Source of the DNA: Vicinamibacterales bacterium
Lineage (GTDB): Bacteria; Acidobacteriota; Vicinamibacteria; Vicinamibacterales; UBA8438
Assembly (NCBI GenBank): GCA_937766455.1
Contig: CALLXD010000010.1
Location: forward strand, 8,298-72,297
Direction: 5' to 3'
Length of the DNA: 64,000 nt
Shown here: positions 61,538 through 64,000 of the stretch, piece by piece
Layout of the letters: every line of letters begins with the position of its first letter
Position numbering within the stretch: the stretch's first letter is position 1
The notes under the pieces: model-generated
Database searches by the model: none
What the model was told of the DNA's origin: nothing
Seen by the model: only the letters and a program-made list of their open reading frames with translations
Translations under genes and position numbers: made by a program

Positions 61538-62802
61538 GACGCCTCCCTTCCGGTTCCGGTCAGCATGATCTGCAGGTCTCCGACATTCGTGCCCGTGGGT
61601 CCGGTCATGATCAGGTCGCCCAATGCACCGAAGAACTGATACGAGTCATTCCTCTCCAAGTAACGACTCGGCGCCGCCAGCCCCGCCGCCCTTGCCCGAG
61701 CCATCGTCGTCATGTCCACGAACGCGCCCGCGGCGTCGGTCGGGCCGTCGACCCCGTCCGTCCCAACACTCGCAAAGACGGCATCTACGCCGGCATCCTG
61801 CAGTTGCGCTGCGGCCGACAAGGCCATCTCCTGATTTCGCCCTCCCCGGCCGGACCCCGTCACGGTCACCGTCGTTTCACCAGACGACACTACGCACGCA
61901 GGTCCGTCGTGCTCGCGCCGCAACGCCTGGGACAAATCGAGGAGACTCTGGACGTGGGAGGGGCTGGTGACACGGGCTTCACCGGTGACCGGCGTATCAC
62001 AAGAGGCAACGGCATAGCCCAGTTCTCGCGCGGCGCACAGTGCTCCATCCATGGCCTGACGGCGACTCCCGATCACCCGGTAGGACGATGCCGTCACCCG
62101 CGCATCGCCTGGCTTCAGTGTCTCATCCAACGCGCCCGCGCACCCTTGCTCCAGCAGTTCGAGGACGGCGGCTGGCATACGCGCCGGCCGGCTGGCGATG
62201 GCGAGCGCCTCTGCGTACGACGTTCCATCCGGCACCGTTGGGCCCGATCCGATCACTGACGGATCATCCTCTCTTGGCGACACGACATCGGAAATGGCCA
62301 GCGTTACCGTGGGCCCGCCAGCAGCCAGCGCGAGCCGCCCACCTTTCACGCTGGATAGGTGTTTTCGGACGCAATTGAGTTCGTGTATCGGCACGCCGGA
62401 GGACAGCAGAAGCCGTGTCGCTTCCACCTTCTCCGCCAGTGTCACACCGGCAGCGGGCGCGGCAAGGAGAGCCGATGCCCCACCGGACAAGAGTACGAGC
62501 AGGCGCTCGGACGCACGTGTCTCTTCTGCGCACCGCAACGCCGCCAGCCCGGCGTCCACACTCCCGCGGGTAGGCAGGGGATGTCCAGCGGCGTACCAGG
62601 CAAACGGTGCCGGCAGGGAGGTCGACCGCGCTGGGCCCACGGCAACGCCTCGCACGATCTGGACCCCGGGCACCACCAACAATCCCCGCACCATACCCTC
62701 CGCCGCCTTCCCTGCCGCGACCACCGATAAAGGCGCGCCCGTCACGGACTCCCGCGCCGCGGGGTCCGTAAGCGCCTCCCGCATGAGGCGCTCAGGCGAC
62801 AC
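61534..62802 (-). CDS. Glycerate 2-kinase (DUF4147/MOFRL family)
   Basis: SGGASALL...GGETTVTVTGSGRGGRNQEMALSAA...TDGVDGPTDAAGA. Confidence 0.82.
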   Translation of the reverse strand: MSPERLMREALTDPAARESVTGAPLSVVAAGKAAEGMVRGLLVVPGVQIVRGVAVGPARSTSLPAPFAWYAAGHPLPTRGSVDAGLAALRCAEETRASERLLVLLSGGASALLAAPAAGVTLAEKVEATRLLLSSGVPIHELNCVRKHLSSVKGGRLALAAGGPTVTLAISDVVSPREDDPSVIGSGPTVPDGTSYAEALAIASRPARMPAAVLELLEQGCAGALDETLKPGDARVTASSYRVIGSRRQAMDGALCAARELGYAVASCDTPVTGEARVTSPSHVQSLLDLSQALRREHDGPACVVSSGETTVTVTGSGRGGRNQEMALSAAAQLQDAGVDAVFASVGTDGVDGPTDAAGAFVDMTTMARARAAGLAAPSRYLERNDSYQFFGALGDLIMTGPTGTNVGDLQIMLTGTGREAS

Positions 62803-62905
62803 CGTCGTCAGCGCGGCGCGAACGATCTCAACAGCGTGTTTCCGAAGAAGCCCGAGGGGCCGGTGTTGGGAGGACAGGGTCCTGAAGACTCGGAAGACCG
62901 GGGCG

Positions 62906-63226
62906 TTAGTGAATGTTCGACGGCTCCGACCACGCGGACAACTTCGTCACGCCGTCGAACGTGTGCAGTAAGCGGCTCACCACCAGGTCGACATCGGCAT
63001 GTCCCTCCGCACACAACTCATCGACGCGCGCCATCACCCGGCGAAGCGCGGTTTCCATCTCGGCGATGGTGCACTCCGAGTATTCATCGCGCTGGCGCTG
63101 GAGGCACTCCTGGTGTTTCAGGAATTCTTCCCGATAGAAATTGGTGCGAATAGTGCCTGACGTCAGACCCCGGGCCGGGCGCGGGTCCACCAACAAACGG
63201 GAGCAACTGCAAGATGTCAGCGACAT
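62906..63226 (-). CDS. Hypothetical helical Cys/His-containing small protein
   Basis: 106 aa, visibly lower GC than the neighbours. EEFLKHQECLQRQRDEYSEC...DELCAEGH. No family recognised and the start is uncertain. Confidence 0.33.
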   Translation of the reverse strand: MSLTSCSCSRLLVDPRPARGLTSGTIRTNFYREEFLKHQECLQRQRDEYSECTIAEMETALRRVMARVDELCAEGHADVDLVVSRLLHTFDGVTKLSAWSEPSNIH

Positions 63227-63369
63227 GTGTGTAGGAGTCCCCAGTCTATGCGCCCGAATTCGGCGCTGTCAACGCCCTCCGCCGCGTCCGGGTCACCGAA
63301 TCGGCACATGCTCGCCAACCAGAGCTCTCGCGGTACGTGTGGAGGGATGCGCGTCGTCCACGCAACGGA

Positions 63370-64000
63370 TCAACCACTCGTCGGGTACTCACGCGTGCTC
63401 AGCGCCGCGACGAGCCCTCCCACGCACCCCACCGCCATCCCGCCACCAACGAGTACGACGCCCAGCGTCGGCGGCAGGAAGCGCAGCACATCCACACCCA
63501 GCACCTGTCTCACGCCTTCTCCGTACACGGACTCACCCAGGACGAACCCGACGGCAAGCATGGAGAGGGCGACCGACGCCCCACTCCACCCTGCAGAATC
63601 CCCTCAAGCACAAAAGGGCCCCGTACGAAAGTCAGCGGCGCGCCGACAAGACGCATGATCTCAATCTCGTCGCTGCGCGCGACGCACGACAGTCGCACGA
63701 CATTGGGGACCGTCAGCGCGGCCGCCACCACGAGCACGAGCACGACAGCGAGCCCAACGCCGCGAACCACGCCAACCGCCGTCGTGAGACGCTCGATCCA
63801 GCGCTGGTCGAACCGGACGTCGTCGACACCAGACACCGCCTCAACCCGCGCCGCTAGCTGGCCCACGACGGCCGCCGCATCGTCCGACCTCGGCGGCACG
63901 CGCGCCTCGAACGACGCGGGAATCGGATTCCCTCCGCCTTGATCGGCAACCGGCGCCAGCTCGACGAAATCACGCGCGAACCGCGCCAACGCATCTTCTT
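63370..64000 (-). pseudogene. ftsX: Cell-division permease FtsX, 5' end beyond window; frame broken at 63579-63582
   Basis: ..NPIPASFEARV..DEIEIMRLVGAPLTFVRGPFVLEGILQGGVG, then the family sequence continues in another frame (ASVALSMLAVGFVLG...), consistent with a G5-to-G4 change on the coding strand. Confidence 0.75.

Overview
This is a visibly GC-rich (roughly two-thirds G+C by eye, not computed), very gene-dense chromosomal segment. It comes from a diderm bacterium, since LolA, TonB and a secretin are present. Almost everything is core housekeeping. Main loci: rpsI-rpsB-tsf-pyrH-frr; two ThrC-fold genes plus ilvA; pfk; one tRNA-Ala(CGC); lolA next to a lipoprotein secretin; a tightly coupled nagZ-ldcA-mpl-pxpB-pxpC-murB-murA operon with a divergent GHMP kinase; polX. 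A ~16 kb minus-strand run follows: rodZ, thiE, rnhB, rplS-trmD-rimM-KH-rpsP-ffh, ribBA-ribE-ribD-ftsY-gpsA, cinA-pgpA. Then come ftcD; nrdR-DUF4390-sensor kinase-sigma54 regulator; purC; promoter/CIRCE-groES-groEL-terminator; tonB; selB; rnr; glycerate kinase; ftsX. I saw no rRNA, CRISPR array, transposase, integrase, phage or recognisable defence genes, and no convincing novel multi-gene system. The points most worth a second look are: (1) the murein recycling and synthesis operon with an embedded PxpB/PxpC pair lacking PxpA, plus an anomeric-type GHMP kinase; (2) eight single-base frame breaks in otherwise well-conserved genes, four in groEL and five within about 3 kb; (3) a CTG start for trmD fused to the rimM stop, and two SD-led micro-ORFs overlapping SD-less gene starts; (4) a 1.1 kb insert bracketed by two copies of the same gene 3' end; (5) an orphan lolA plus TPR-lipoprotein secretin pair. 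All calls come from reading the ORF translations and the DNA by eye. No database search or computation was run.
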